Positions 46,099 to 56,182 of a stretch of 64,000 nt of DNA are shown here, piece after piece; positions within the stretch are counted from its first letter, which is position 1, and each line of letters opens with the position of its first letter. Below the pieces are notes generated by a model. That model made no database searches. It was given only the letters and a program-made list of their open reading frames with translations, and was not told the origin of the DNA. Position numbers and translations under genes: made by a program. Origin of the DNA: a virus (Duplodnaviria; Caudoviricetes); the IMG/VR virus record IMGVR_UViG_3300025676_000004, positions 1 to 64,000 of that record, one strand, 5' to 3'.

Positions 46099-48501
46099 AT
46101 GGGTAACAGTGCATTTGAAGGTTCGGGTTCGGGTAATGCCGGCGTTAAAATAACTGTACAACAGTCTAACAACTTTGTTGCAGGTGAAGCACTACGATTA
46201 AATGGTAGTTTGTATGTTCGGGCAGTTGCAACATCTTCCGAAGACTCCGAAGCCATAGGTGTCGTTGAAAGTGCAAGTGGTTCTAGTTTTACCATTGTGT
46301 TTTCTGGTGAAATCAATCTCAGCGATGCTTCTTGGACACCAGTTGAAGGTAGTGTATATTTCTTATCTTCTGCTACAGAAGGCGAACTCACAACTGTTCC
46401 GCCTTTAAGTACAGGTACAGTCAAGAAAACCATTATGGTTGGGACAAGTAACGAAAAAGGTATTATTGTAAACTATCTTGGATTAATGAATGGTATTGGT
46501 GGTAATGATTTAGTAGAACTTGATGGTGTCCAACCAATTGGTAGTATTATACCATACAGTGGTAATATCTCAGAACTATCAAAAATTCCCACAGGATGGT
46601 TGTTGTGTGACGGTTCAAAATTCAACAATATTGATTATCCAGAACTTGCTCTTTTATTAGGAGATTCATTCGGTACAATATCGGGTAATGAATACACACT
46701 TCCTGATTTCAGAGGCAGAACACCTATTGGTGTAAACACTAACAATAATGCAACAGAAATAAATAACGCATTAACACAAAGAGTAATTGGTAATCAGTCA
46801 GGACAAGAAGAGCATGCAATAGGCACTGATGAAATTCCTAGTCACACTCACAGTGCAACACAACTTGCTTATGTGGACGAAGCATCTAATATCGAAAATG
46901 CTTGGCATAATTTACGAGTTGATACAAATGTATATGGTCCAGTTGGTGGTCAAACCGTAACATCAACCAGTTCAGGTGTGACAGCAAACACAGTAGTTAC
47001 AAATATCGGTGCCAAGGGCCCTGTTTGTGGTAATGACTTCGCAGGATGGTGGAATGGTAGTGGTGATGACCTCGATTATGGTTTAGTAAACTTTAATAAT
47101 ATCACAGTAAGTCCTTCAGGCAACGGTTTGCCACACAACAATATGCAACCGTATATTACAGTAAATTGGTTGATTCGTGCAACAGCACAAGCATCGGCCG
47201 CTATATTAACAGTAAATCTGGAAAATCTTGCAGATGTAGATAAAACAAAATCTTGCGGTATCAGTTGTGAAGGTGCGTGTAATTCACCAAAACACGGCGA
47301 TTCTATAGTATTTAATGAAGCAAATACTACCACAAAAAATAATGGACACGGTTCAGATAAATTTGTAATTACTTCGTCAAGCAATCCAAATAAAAATGTC
47401 ATCATTAATGGAAACTTTGATGTGTGGCAAAGAGGAACTTCCTTCAATTTTAATACAGGAAATACACATTTAACCACAGCAGATAGATGGCAGTGGGGGC
47501 AAGGTGCATCAACAAGCATAGTAATGGAAGTACAAAAAACTACACAAAATCCATTTGCAACAGGACAGTCATATATCCCAAGTACATATTCCCTTCAGAC
47601 GATTTTAACAGATGGTTCTACGATGCAATCAGCAGATTATGTGGGACTAAATTATGTTGTTGAAGGTTATGATTTCAGAAATCTTTGGAGTGCTAAATGT
47701 ATGACATTGAGTTTCTTTGTTTCTGTAAATACAGCAGGAACTTATTGTGTATCATTTAGAAATAAAGATTACACACAATCACTTGTTGCCGAATATACAA
47801 TCGACACAGCAAATGTTTGGGAATGGAAAACTATAACAGTGCCACTCCCGACAGAAAGTGCAGTTGGTTGGGACTTTGATAATGATGCGGGATTGAGAAT
47901 CGGTTGGGTTCTTGCTTCTGGTTCAAATTGGCACACAAACACAACAAACCAATGGATGTCTGGTTCTTCTTACGGTACACCAAATCAAGTAAATAGTGTT
48001 GCAGTAGCAGAACCATCTGATGCAGGATTCTCTATATCTCAAGTTCAACTTGAAGCAGGTTCAGTAGCAACTCCCTTCCAACAAAGAAACAGAGAAGAAG
48101 AAATTTCAAAATGTCAACGGTATTATCAGAAAAGTTATGACTTAGATGTATTGCCTGGAACATTTACTTGGAATGGCGCCGCTGGCGACTGGGCAAGACC
48201 ACAAGCAAATGGGCAATCATCTGGTGATGGAGATTTTGGTTGGAGAATAGAATATCCAACTACCTTTAGAAAAAATCCAACGGTAACAGTATATGCTCCA
48301 TATAGTGGAACTATTGGATGGATGTCGCCTGGTAATTCCGTTGCGTCGATACCTCTTGGAAATGCGTGGGAAATTAATGCTAAGGCAGGGCATTCAGGCA
48401 CCAAATCATTCCTAATGGTACATGATGGTGGTCAAGATACCAATTACGCATTTCAACAACAATGGTATGCTCATTATACCGCAGATGCAGAGATACTCTA
48501 A
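46099..48501 (+). CDS. Tail fibre protein with a tail-collar domain and a CBM-like domain
   Basis: PIGSIIPYSG..IPTGWLLCDGS..YPELA..LPDFRGR, EIPSHTH, HNNMQPY; NVIINGNFDVWQR...CQRYYQ. Confidence 0.8.
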   Translation: MGNSAFEGSGSGNAGVKITVQQSNNFVAGEALRLNGSLYVRAVATSSEDSEAIGVVESASGSSFTIVFSGEINLSDASWTPVEGSVYFLSSATEGELTTVPPLSTGTVKKTIMVGTSNEKGIIVNYLGLMNGIGGNDLVELDGVQPIGSIIPYSGNISELSKIPTGWLLCDGSKFNNIDYPELALLLGDSFGTISGNEYTLPDFRGRTPIGVNTNNNATEINNALTQRVIGNQSGQEEHAIGTDEIPSHTHSATQLAYVDEASNIENAWHNLRVDTNVYGPVGGQTVTSTSSGVTANTVVTNIGAKGPVCGNDFAGWWNGSGDDLDYGLVNFNNITVSPSGNGLPHNNMQPYITVNWLIRATAQASAAILTVNLENLADVDKTKSCGISCEGACNSPKHGDSIVFNEANTTTKNNGHGSDKFVITSSSNPNKNVIINGNFDVWQRGTSFNFNTGNTHLTTADRWQWGQGASTSIVMEVQKTTQNPFATGQSYIPSTYSLQTILTDGSTMQSADYVGLNYVVEGYDFRNLWSAKCMTLSFFVSVNTAGTYCVSFRNKDYTQSLVAEYTIDTANVWEWKTITVPLPTESAVGWDFDNDAGLRIGWVLASGSNWHTNTTNQWMSGSSYGTPNQVNSVAVAEPSDAGFSISQVQLEAGSVATPFQQRNREEEISKCQRYYQKSYDLDVLPGTFTWNGAAGDWARPQANGQSSGDGDFGWRIEYPTTFRKNPTVTVYAPYSGTIGWMSPGNSVASIPLGNAWEINAKAGHSGTKSFLMVHDGGQDTNYAFQQQWYAHYTADAEIL

Positions 48502-48518
48502 ACGATAGGAAATAACAT

Positions 48519-50651
48519 ATGGCGTATTATAGTGCAATAAATGTTCCAACAGATGTTGAGGGATTAGTTCAAATAATCTCTAGCAATATCAATTATTATA
48601 TTAGTCCAGATGGCAATGATTCATCTGGAGTTGGCACATCTGTTAGTCCGTGGAAAACTTTAACAAAAGCATTTGACTTTATTAAAAATAAAAGAATAGC
48701 AAAGGATGCTTCTGTAACATTCACAATCAAAAGAAAAGAAAATATGGATTTTTGGTATGAATATCTTATTGACGATACCAATATTGTTGTAGAGCATCCA
48801 GATGCAGATAGGATTATAATTCAAGGTGAAATTTCAAGCACATTAAATCTTTATGGTGTAAATTATTATGATTCAACATTAAGAGCAATGGGTGACTCTA
48901 TCACTGGTGGATACTTAATGGAAATTACAGTTCAAGATGCCACAAATGTTAGTGTTGGTGACTTCATTACGATTAAGGATAGTAATTATTCTGCCGGTTC
49001 TTCATATACAACTGGTATGTCAGGTGCGACATTTATAGAAACAGATTTTGACCACTACGAAACAAGTCCATATTCTGGCGAAGATATCAGTGGTTCTTCT
49101 GCTGATTATGCTCCACTATCGTTAAGAAAATGTTTAGCATTTGGTTGTCACGAAGTGATTGGTGTAGATGTTGTTGGTGGTTCAATTTCAAGTGATACTG
49201 TTCTTCTTCATATTAGACATACAAATAATACATTTGAATCATATGCAAATGGTACAGATGGTGCTACAGCATATGTTACTCCACAAAGTTTACAATTCTC
49301 ATCCGATGTAAATAATTTCCCATCAACACAAACAACAGCAGGATATATTCAAGGCAATGTTTGGAGTGATGGTGCAACTGGTCATAGACTTGGTGTTACA
49401 GGTACTAACAAACTTCCTGTTTCTGGTGGTTATACAGCAGGAGCATCGGGCAGTTATGGTGGATGGACAGCAGAAGCAAACGGTGGTACAGACATTGGTG
49501 GTATCAGTGGTGGTAATGGTTATTGGTGGGATAAAAGTCCACAACAAAGTAACGGCATGCAAAGTGCATTTAGTGGGATAGAAGTTAAACATCTTCCTTG
49601 TAGAATAAATTTTCAAAATAGTAGTGGTTTAGAATTCAATAGTAGTCAATTAGGAAAACTAAAAGACTTGGTAATTTGTGGACCATCATTTGCATTGGGT
49701 GCAACTGCATCAATATTAACAGATGGTTCTGTTGGTGTAAAAGCAAACGATGGTGGTGGATTAATTGAAACCGATAATATTGCAGTCGTTGGATTTGAAA
49801 GTGGATTTGTTTCAGAAAACAATTCACAAATAATTGCAAGTGGTTCAATTTCAAGTGCTTGTAAATATGGATTTGTTTCAAACAATAACAGTCAAATGGA
49901 AGCAAAACATACTATTGCTTCTGGTTGTTATGATGGATATAGTAGCACCAACCATTCTAATATGAACAGTTCATATAGTATCTCTGTCGCAAATGAAAAT
50001 GACGGAATGCTAGTATCTCATAATAGTAATATGGATGCATCGTTTGGTTTGTCTTGTATGAATACTGGGTATGGTTATCACATAAACAACTCTTCAAATT
50101 TACACTTATCCCCAGATAGAAATATCCTTGGTGAAAATGGTGTGGGCACTACTGCTGATTCACTGAATGGTGGAGCAACAAGTGATGTACGATACCACTA
50201 TTCTGATAAGACAGGTTCATTCGCATTCCGAAATAATCTTTCAGGTGTATATGTAGAAAACTCAAATGTATATGCAACAAATACAAGAAGTAGTTATAAC
50301 TTAAACGCAGGTGTTCTTGCTGATAGAAAATCACACATTGATGCTAACCACATTAACACATTCAATAATGGGTTAAGTGCAGGTAATAATTATCACGGTT
50401 CTGGTTTTGTTGTCAATAACCAAAGTACAGGTATTGTTGGTATGTCCACATCCGAGAACAATAAGGTGTACGGTTTCCATTCGGATTATGGTTCAAACTT
50501 AATTGCGACAGGTGCATCTGGTGGTACTGCTGATGGTGGTCAAGGTGCCGGTACTTATGGATTATATTCCGATAAGGACTCTTTAATATTTAACAACAAT
50601 GCTTCAGGTTCTACGGCATCGGCGAACAACGGAGCGATTCGAGATTATTGA
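48519..50651 (+). CDS. Right-handed beta-helix (pectin-lyase-like) tailspike/depolymerase
   Basis: YYISPDGNDS..GT..SPWKTL N-motif and periodic Asn/Ser/Gly-rich repeats (GFVSENNS, GFVSNNNS). Confidence 0.7.
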   Translation: MAYYSAINVPTDVEGLVQIISSNINYYISPDGNDSSGVGTSVSPWKTLTKAFDFIKNKRIAKDASVTFTIKRKENMDFWYEYLIDDTNIVVEHPDADRIIIQGEISSTLNLYGVNYYDSTLRAMGDSITGGYLMEITVQDATNVSVGDFITIKDSNYSAGSSYTTGMSGATFIETDFDHYETSPYSGEDISGSSADYAPLSLRKCLAFGCHEVIGVDVVGGSISSDTVLLHIRHTNNTFESYANGTDGATAYVTPQSLQFSSDVNNFPSTQTTAGYIQGNVWSDGATGHRLGVTGTNKLPVSGGYTAGASGSYGGWTAEANGGTDIGGISGGNGYWWDKSPQQSNGMQSAFSGIEVKHLPCRINFQNSSGLEFNSSQLGKLKDLVICGPSFALGATASILTDGSVGVKANDGGGLIETDNIAVVGFESGFVSENNSQIIASGSISSACKYGFVSNNNSQMEAKHTIASGCYDGYSSTNHSNMNSSYSISVANENDGMLVSHNSNMDASFGLSCMNTGYGYHINNSSNLHLSPDRNILGENGVGTTADSLNGGATSDVRYHYSDKTGSFAFRNNLSGVYVENSNVYATNTRSSYNLNAGVLADRKSHIDANHINTFNNGLSAGNNYHGSGFVVNNQSTGIVGMSTSENNKVYGFHSDYGSNLIATGASGGTADGGQGAGTYGLYSDKDSLIFNNNASGSTASANNGAIRDY

Positions 50652-50653
50652 TA

Positions 50654-51112
50654 ATGGGTATTTTTCGTCATTTGCCAGATGATATAATTGAAATTAATGG
50701 TGAAAAGTTTGATTTGGAACTATTCCTTGAACTTGAACCAGAATATTATTTACCAGAAAATACAATTTCAAGAGAATATGAATCTGGTAGTCATCATATT
50801 CTATATTCAAAGGATAACCAATTTCAAGGTGAGTTTCCGTGGATTAATGGTGACAGATATATTCTTCGTGTTGCAGACTTAAATTTATTATTAAATACAA
50901 TAGAAGAAGATAATAAATATGTCAGGTCTCTACAAAAAGAAAACTCAGAAATAATAAAAGATAGACAAACCGAATATCCAAGAACTGACGAGTTGATTGT
51001 TGCAATGTGGGAGTATTTTGTTGAAGGAAGACCAGCAGAAACTACTATAAATATAGTACAGGAAAAGCGATTAAAAGTGAAGGAGCAATTTCCAAATGAA
51101 GATAACTTATGA
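50654..51112 (+). CDS. Hypothetical protein, possible fibre assembly chaperone
   Basis: ATG 50654 preferred over TTG 50648; C-terminal RQTEYP..ELIVAMWE..VKEQFP motif. Confidence 0.6.
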   Translation: MGIFRHLPDDIIEINGEKFDLELFLELEPEYYLPENTISREYESGSHHILYSKDNQFQGEFPWINGDRYILRVADLNLLLNTIEEDNKYVRSLQKENSEIIKDRQTEYPRTDELIVAMWEYFVEGRPAETTINIVQEKRLKVKEQFPNEDNL

Positions 51113-51482
51113 ACAACTATATCGGTCATATCCAGTATTTAACCATCTATTAGACCAACCACTACCAATTCAAACATCTTTGAAATTTCAAGATTTGCTT
51201 GAAAGTGTCAATCCACATCTAAAGCAAATTGAAAATATTCAAAATGAATTGATTGATAAATATGCAGAAGATAGTGATGAAGAAGGTGTGGTAGAAGTAC
51301 CAGAAAACAAAAGAGAAGAGTTTATTAAAGAACTTGAAAAATCTCTACAAAACGAAATCATCATCTCTTGGGATACGATTAAATTGCAGGATTTGGGTGA
51401 ACAAGTAAATATATCGGTTAGGGGATTGGAAACCATCTCCTATCTTCTTGAAGATTATAGTAAAATGGCTGTTATATCATAA
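51096..51482 (+). CDS. Hypothetical protein
   Basis: 128-aa ORF; TATAAATA at 51046-51053. Confidence 0.7.
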   Translation: MKITYEQLYRSYPVFNHLLDQPLPIQTSLKFQDLLESVNPHLKQIENIQNELIDKYAEDSDEEGVVEVPENKREEFIKELEKSLQNEIIISWDTIKLQDLGEQVNISVRGLETISYLLEDYSKMAVIS

Positions 51483-51527
51483 TATCCTTTTTATATTATA
51501 CATATAGAAGAAAAGGAGAATGACGGA

Positions 51528-52274
51528 ATGGCTCTATCATCAAGACAACAACTTAAAGACTACGCTCTACGCCGACTCGGTAGTCCTGTAATTGATATTA
51601 ATGTGGACGATTCTCAATTAGAGGATAGATTAGATGATGCACTTCAATTTTTCGCAGACTATCATTACGATGGAGCAGAAAAACTTTACATAACTCATCT
51701 AGTAACACAAGATGACATTGACAATGGATATCTCGATATGACAAATATTGATGATTCTGTAATTAGTGTTTCAAATATATTTCAATTCTCTAACAATTCA
51801 AGTAATATGTTCGATATGCAATATCAAATGGCACTGAATGATTGGTATGGATGGCACAGTGGTGGGACAATGACAAACTATGTAATGGTTCGTCAAAATA
51901 TGGCATTGGTTCAACAAATGCTCGACCCTGCCAAATCATACAGATTCACAAGAGCAACTATGCGATTATATCTTGATATGAATTGGAGTGAGGAAGTTAA
52001 AGTTGGAGAATATCTAACAGCAGAAGTATGGGCAATCATTGACCCAGAAGCACACACAAGAGTTTATAATAATAGACTCCTCAAGCAATATGTTGCTTCA
52101 TTATTCAAACGACAATGGGGTGCAAACCTTTCCAAATTTGAAAATATTCAATTGCCTGGTGGTGTATCATTTAATGGACAACAAATTTTCGACCAAGCAA
52201 ACGAAGAAGTAATGAAAATTGAAGAAGAAATGCAGTTGAAATTTGAAGAACCGCCTGGTTTCATTGTAGGATAA
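51528..52274 (+). CDS. gp13: Neck protein gp13
   Basis: LKDYALRRLGSPVIDINVD..Q, QFFADYHYDG, KRQWGANLSKF..LPGG. Confidence 0.95.
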   Translation: MALSSRQQLKDYALRRLGSPVIDINVDDSQLEDRLDDALQFFADYHYDGAEKLYITHLVTQDDIDNGYLDMTNIDDSVISVSNIFQFSNNSSNMFDMQYQMALNDWYGWHSGGTMTNYVMVRQNMALVQQMLDPAKSYRFTRATMRLYLDMNWSEEVKVGEYLTAEVWAIIDPEAHTRVYNNRLLKQYVASLFKRQWGANLSKFENIQLPGGVSFNGQQIFDQANEEVMKIEEEMQLKFEEPPGFIVG

Positions 52275-52277
52275 TAA

Positions 52278-53132
52278 ATGGCAAAGAATCCATATTTTAA
52301 ACATACCAACAACGAACAACAAATTGTTGAAGACCTTACCATCGAAGCAATCAAAATTCACGGTGAGGATATGGTATACATTCCCCGAACAATTGTAAAT
52401 AAAGACGAATTGTTTGGTGAAGATACTATTAGTAAATTTGAGGGTGGTACTCAAATTGAAATGTATGTTGAGAGTGTTGATGGATTTGAAGGTGATGGAG
52501 ATTTCATATCAAAGTTTGGTCTTGAAATTCGTGATAGTATTTCTCTAGTTGTATCTAAGAAAAGATTCGTACAAGAAATTGCCAATGGTAGACCACTTGA
52601 AGGGGATTTAATTTACTTCCCACTCACCAAAGGTTTGTTTGAAATTAAATTTGTCGAACACGAAAATCCATTCTACCAATTAGGTAAACTTTACACATAT
52701 AAACTTTCCTGTGAATTATTCCAATACAGTCAAGAAGACTTGAATACAGGATGGTCAGATGTTGATACGATTGAAGATACACATCAAGACACAACGATGA
52801 ACTTAGTATTCTCTGCATCAACAGGTTCATTTGTGGTTGGAGAATCTATCACAACCGTAAGTGGGTTTAGTGCAAAGGTTGTTGCTTGGGCAGGAACTAC
52901 AAATACCCTTGTGGTACATAATCTTTCAGGGACTCTCTCAGGGGGCGATACAGTCACTGGTTCGTCCTCCAGTGCGACAGGAACATTCCAATCACAATCT
53001 GCTCCTGCAATACCAACAATCATCCCCAACGCAAGCACAGACCCGTTTGACGCATCTGATGATATGCAAGTCAACGCAGATGACATATTCGACTTTACCG
53101 ACATTGACCCGTTCTCAGATGGGGGATATTAA
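52278..53132 (+). CDS. gp14: Neck protein gp14
   Basis: EAIKIHGEDMVYIPR, SKFGLEIRD, RPLEGDLIYFP, FYQLGK, CELFQYS. Confidence 0.95.
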   Translation: MAKNPYFKHTNNEQQIVEDLTIEAIKIHGEDMVYIPRTIVNKDELFGEDTISKFEGGTQIEMYVESVDGFEGDGDFISKFGLEIRDSISLVVSKKRFVQEIANGRPLEGDLIYFPLTKGLFEIKFVEHENPFYQLGKLYTYKLSCELFQYSQEDLNTGWSDVDTIEDTHQDTTMNLVFSASTGSFVVGESITTVSGFSAKVVAWAGTTNTLVVHNLSGTLSGGDTVTGSSSSATGTFQSQSAPAIPTIIPNASTDPFDASDDMQVNADDIFDFTDIDPFSDGGY

Positions 53133-53950
53133 TGTTTACATATTTTAATAACAATTCAGTACGAAATCTTGTGGTAGCATTTGGTTCACTCTTTAATAAT
53201 CTTCGCATTCAAAGATATAATACAGATGGTTCAGTAAAAGAAAATATCAGAATTCCACTTGCATATGGTGCTAAAGAAAAATATCTACGGCGTATTGATG
53301 AAGGTGGTTCTATTCAAAATGAAGATGGTCAAGTAGTTGCAATTACTTTACCAAGAATGAGTTTTGAACTTGAATCGGTGGATTACGATACTACACGAAA
53401 AAGAAACACAATGCAGAAATTGGCTGGTGTGCATACAGACGACAGCAAAATGAATTATACTTATGCAGAAGTTCCATACAATGTCAATTTCAATTTATAC
53501 ATTATGACAAAGTTTATGGACGATGGATTGCAGATTGTTGAGCAAATCCTCCCATATTTTACTCCAGAATTTACAGTATCAATTAATCCAACCACTCTTG
53601 CTACCAAAATGGATATTCCTATCGTTCTGAATAGTGTTAGTAGTGAAGAAGATTGGGAAGGTGATTTTGATTCAAGAAGAAGTTTAACTTGGACTCTCGG
53701 ATTTACAGCAAAGACATATATCTATGGTAGAAAATCCGACCAAGAAAGAATCAAGAGAGTATTGGCAACTATACTTGATGGTGGTATTGCATCTGGGACT
53801 ACTGGTGCCGCATCGAGTATGATTGATGTTGGAGTAACAGGACCTTCTGGTGCTTCTTCCGATTCTTCTAATTATGACCCAGATATTACATTTAGAGTAT
53901 GGGGTAGTGGTACAGGTGATATAGATATTTATGGAGATATAATAGGGTGA
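53132..53950 (+). CDS. gp15: Tail sheath stabiliser/terminator gp15
   Basis: VVAFGSLFNN, IPLAYG.KEK, LPRMSFE, QIVEQILPYFTP. Confidence 0.95.
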   Translation: MFTYFNNNSVRNLVVAFGSLFNNLRIQRYNTDGSVKENIRIPLAYGAKEKYLRRIDEGGSIQNEDGQVVAITLPRMSFELESVDYDTTRKRNTMQKLAGVHTDDSKMNYTYAEVPYNVNFNLYIMTKFMDDGLQIVEQILPYFTPEFTVSINPTTLATKMDIPIVLNSVSSEEDWEGDFDSRRSLTWTLGFTAKTYIYGRKSDQERIKRVLATILDGGIASGTTGAASSMIDVGVTGPSGASSDSSNYDPDITFRVWGSGTGDIDIYGDIIG

Positions 53951-54465
53951 GTGATAAGAAAAAAGTTGATGAACAAATAGAAGATGCATTAGATTTAGAA
54001 ATAACAGAAGACAGTGAAATAGTACACGATGGAATGTCTGCTGGCGGAAGTCCAATTATGATTCCGACAAGTGATGAAGACAAACTCAAGCGTGACTATA
54101 ATCTTGTAAGAAAAAACCTAAAAGATATTATTGATACAGGGAATACTGCCATTGATGGTATTCTTACTGTTGCATCTGAAACAGAATCACCAAGAGCATA
54201 TGAAGTTGCCGCTCAGATGATTAAGAATGTTGCTGATGTGAATAAAGACCTTATTGAAATGCACAACAAGATGAAGCAAATTAGAAAAGAAGATGGTACA
54301 CAAAAAGCACAGAACATTACCAACAATTCTCTTTTTGTAGGTTCTACTCAAGAACTTCAAAAACTATTGAAACAGCAAAGAGAACAATTGATTGAAAGTG
54401 AAATTGAAGAAAAAGAAGCACTTGATATTATTGATGTAGAGTATGAAGATAATGACAAAGAATGA
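53947..54465 (+). CDS. gp16: Terminase small subunit gp16
   Basis: DY..VR.NL, ESPRAYEVA, TNNSLFVGSTQELQKLL. Confidence 0.93.
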   Translation: MSDKKKVDEQIEDALDLEITEDSEIVHDGMSAGGSPIMIPTSDEDKLKRDYNLVRKNLKDIIDTGNTAIDGILTVASETESPRAYEVAAQMIKNVADVNKDLIEMHNKMKQIRKEDGTQKAQNITNNSLFVGSTQELQKLLKQQREQLIESEIEEKEALDIIDVEYEDNDKE

Positions 54466-56098
54466 ACATTACTTAGGAAATCCAAATCTAAAGGCAAAAG
54501 GTGTCAATTTAGATTTTACCACAGAACAAGTTGGTGAATATCTAAAATGTCAGCAAGACCCAATCTACTTCATTAAGAAGTATGTGAAGATTGTTCATCT
54601 TGATAGGGGTTTGATTAATTTTGAATTGTATGATTTCCAAGAGAACATCGTAAATACGATTCATGAAAACCGTTTTGTAATTTGCAAACTTCCAAGGCAG
54701 TCTGGTAAATCTACAACTACAATTGCTTATCTTCTACATTATGTACTTTTCAATTCAGAAATGAGTGTTGCCATTCTTGCAAATAAGCAAGCAACGGCAA
54801 GGGAACTCTTACACAGACTTCAATTAGCATACGAACATCTACCAAAATGGTTACAACAAGGCGTTGAACAATGGAACAAAGGTTCTATTGAATTGGAAAA
54901 TGGTTCAAGAATCTTGGCATCTGCAACATCATCCAGTGCTATTCGTGGTAGTTCATTCAATCTGATTTTTCTTGACGAATTTGCATTCGTTCCTCACGAA
55001 GTGGCAGATGAATTCTTCAGTTCTGTATATCCGACAATTACATCTGGTAAGACAACGAAAGTATTGATGGTTTCTACACCGCACGGTATGAATCTATTCT
55101 ATAAATTCTGGACGGATGCGTCAAATGGCAGAAGTTCATATATTCCCATTGAGATTCACTGGAGTCAAGTTCCAGGTCGTGATGAGAAATGGAAAGAAGA
55201 AACGATTGCCAATACAAGTGAGCAACAGTTCCGCACGGAATTTGAGTGTGACTTCGTAGGTAGTGTAAACACCCTCATCGAATCTAAGAAACTTAAAGAA
55301 TTGACATACAATGACTATGTGTTTAGGAATGATGAGGGATTTGATGTTTTAATTGAACCAGAAGAAGACCATAGTTATGTAATGTGTGTGGATGTTTCAA
55401 GGGGGCAAGGTCTTGACTATCACGCATTTACTGTTGTGGATATTACATCTATGCCATATAAGGTGGTTGCCAAATTCAGAAACAATCAAATGTCACCCTT
55501 AGTATATCCAAATGCAATTTATGCGGCGGCAATGCAATATAACCAAGCACATATTCTTGTCGAGATAAATGATATCGGTGGACAAGTAGCAGATATTCTC
55601 CATCACGAAATGGAATATGACAATTTATTAGTAACCACAGTTCGTGGTAGAAAAGGTCAAACCCTCGATGGTGGTTTTGGTTCTGGTCAAAGTCAATATG
55701 GTATTCGTACCACAGAAGCAGTAAAACGAGTAGGTTGTTCTCTTCTGAAAAGTATGATTGAAGAAGATAAACTACTTGTTGAAGATTTTGATATAATTAA
55801 AGAGTTTGTTTCATTCATTTCCAAGAAAAAGTCATATCAGGCTGAAACTGGTCATCACGATGACCTTATAATGACTTTGGTTCTGTTTGGATGGTTGACA
55901 ACTCAATCATATTTTAAAGAATTGACAAATTTAGATATCCGTAAAGACCTCTATGAAGACAAAATGAAGCAAATTGAGGATGATATGACTCCATTCGGAT
56001 TCATCGAAGACGGTGTGAACAATCAAATTGAAAAATTCACCGATGAAACAGGTCAACAGTGGAATGTTATAGACAATGAAGACGGTTGGATTATGTAA
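54443..56098 (+). CDS. gp17: Terminase large subunit gp17 (start possibly ATG 54452)
   Basis: YLGNPNLK, PRQSGKS Walker A, IFLDEFAF Walker B, DVSRG, HDDLIM. Confidence 0.97.
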   Translation: MKIMTKNEHYLGNPNLKAKGVNLDFTTEQVGEYLKCQQDPIYFIKKYVKIVHLDRGLINFELYDFQENIVNTIHENRFVICKLPRQSGKSTTTIAYLLHYVLFNSEMSVAILANKQATARELLHRLQLAYEHLPKWLQQGVEQWNKGSIELENGSRILASATSSSAIRGSSFNLIFLDEFAFVPHEVADEFFSSVYPTITSGKTTKVLMVSTPHGMNLFYKFWTDASNGRSSYIPIEIHWSQVPGRDEKWKEETIANTSEQQFRTEFECDFVGSVNTLIESKKLKELTYNDYVFRNDEGFDVLIEPEEDHSYVMCVDVSRGQGLDYHAFTVVDITSMPYKVVAKFRNNQMSPLVYPNAIYAAAMQYNQAHILVEINDIGGQVADILHHEMEYDNLLVTTVRGRKGQTLDGGFGSGQSQYGIRTTEAVKRVGCSLLKSMIEEDKLLVEDFDIIKEFVSFISKKKSYQAETGHHDDLIMTLVLFGWLTTQSYFKELTNLDIRKDLYEDKMKQIEDDMTPFGFIEDGVNNQIEKFTDETGQQWNVIDNEDGWIM

Positions 56099-56109
56099 TG
56101 CTTTATTAT

Positions 56110-56117
56110 TATACATA
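56110..56117 (+). promoter_or_regulatory. Late promoter (TATACATA variant) before gp18
   Basis: Intergenic, same motif as at 30870, 51497 and 62018. Confidence 0.6.
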
Positions 56118-56182
56118 TTAGGAAAGAAATTCAAAAAGCACGAGAATGCTTAATCAAATAAGTCAAAAAAGGAGAAGATTCA

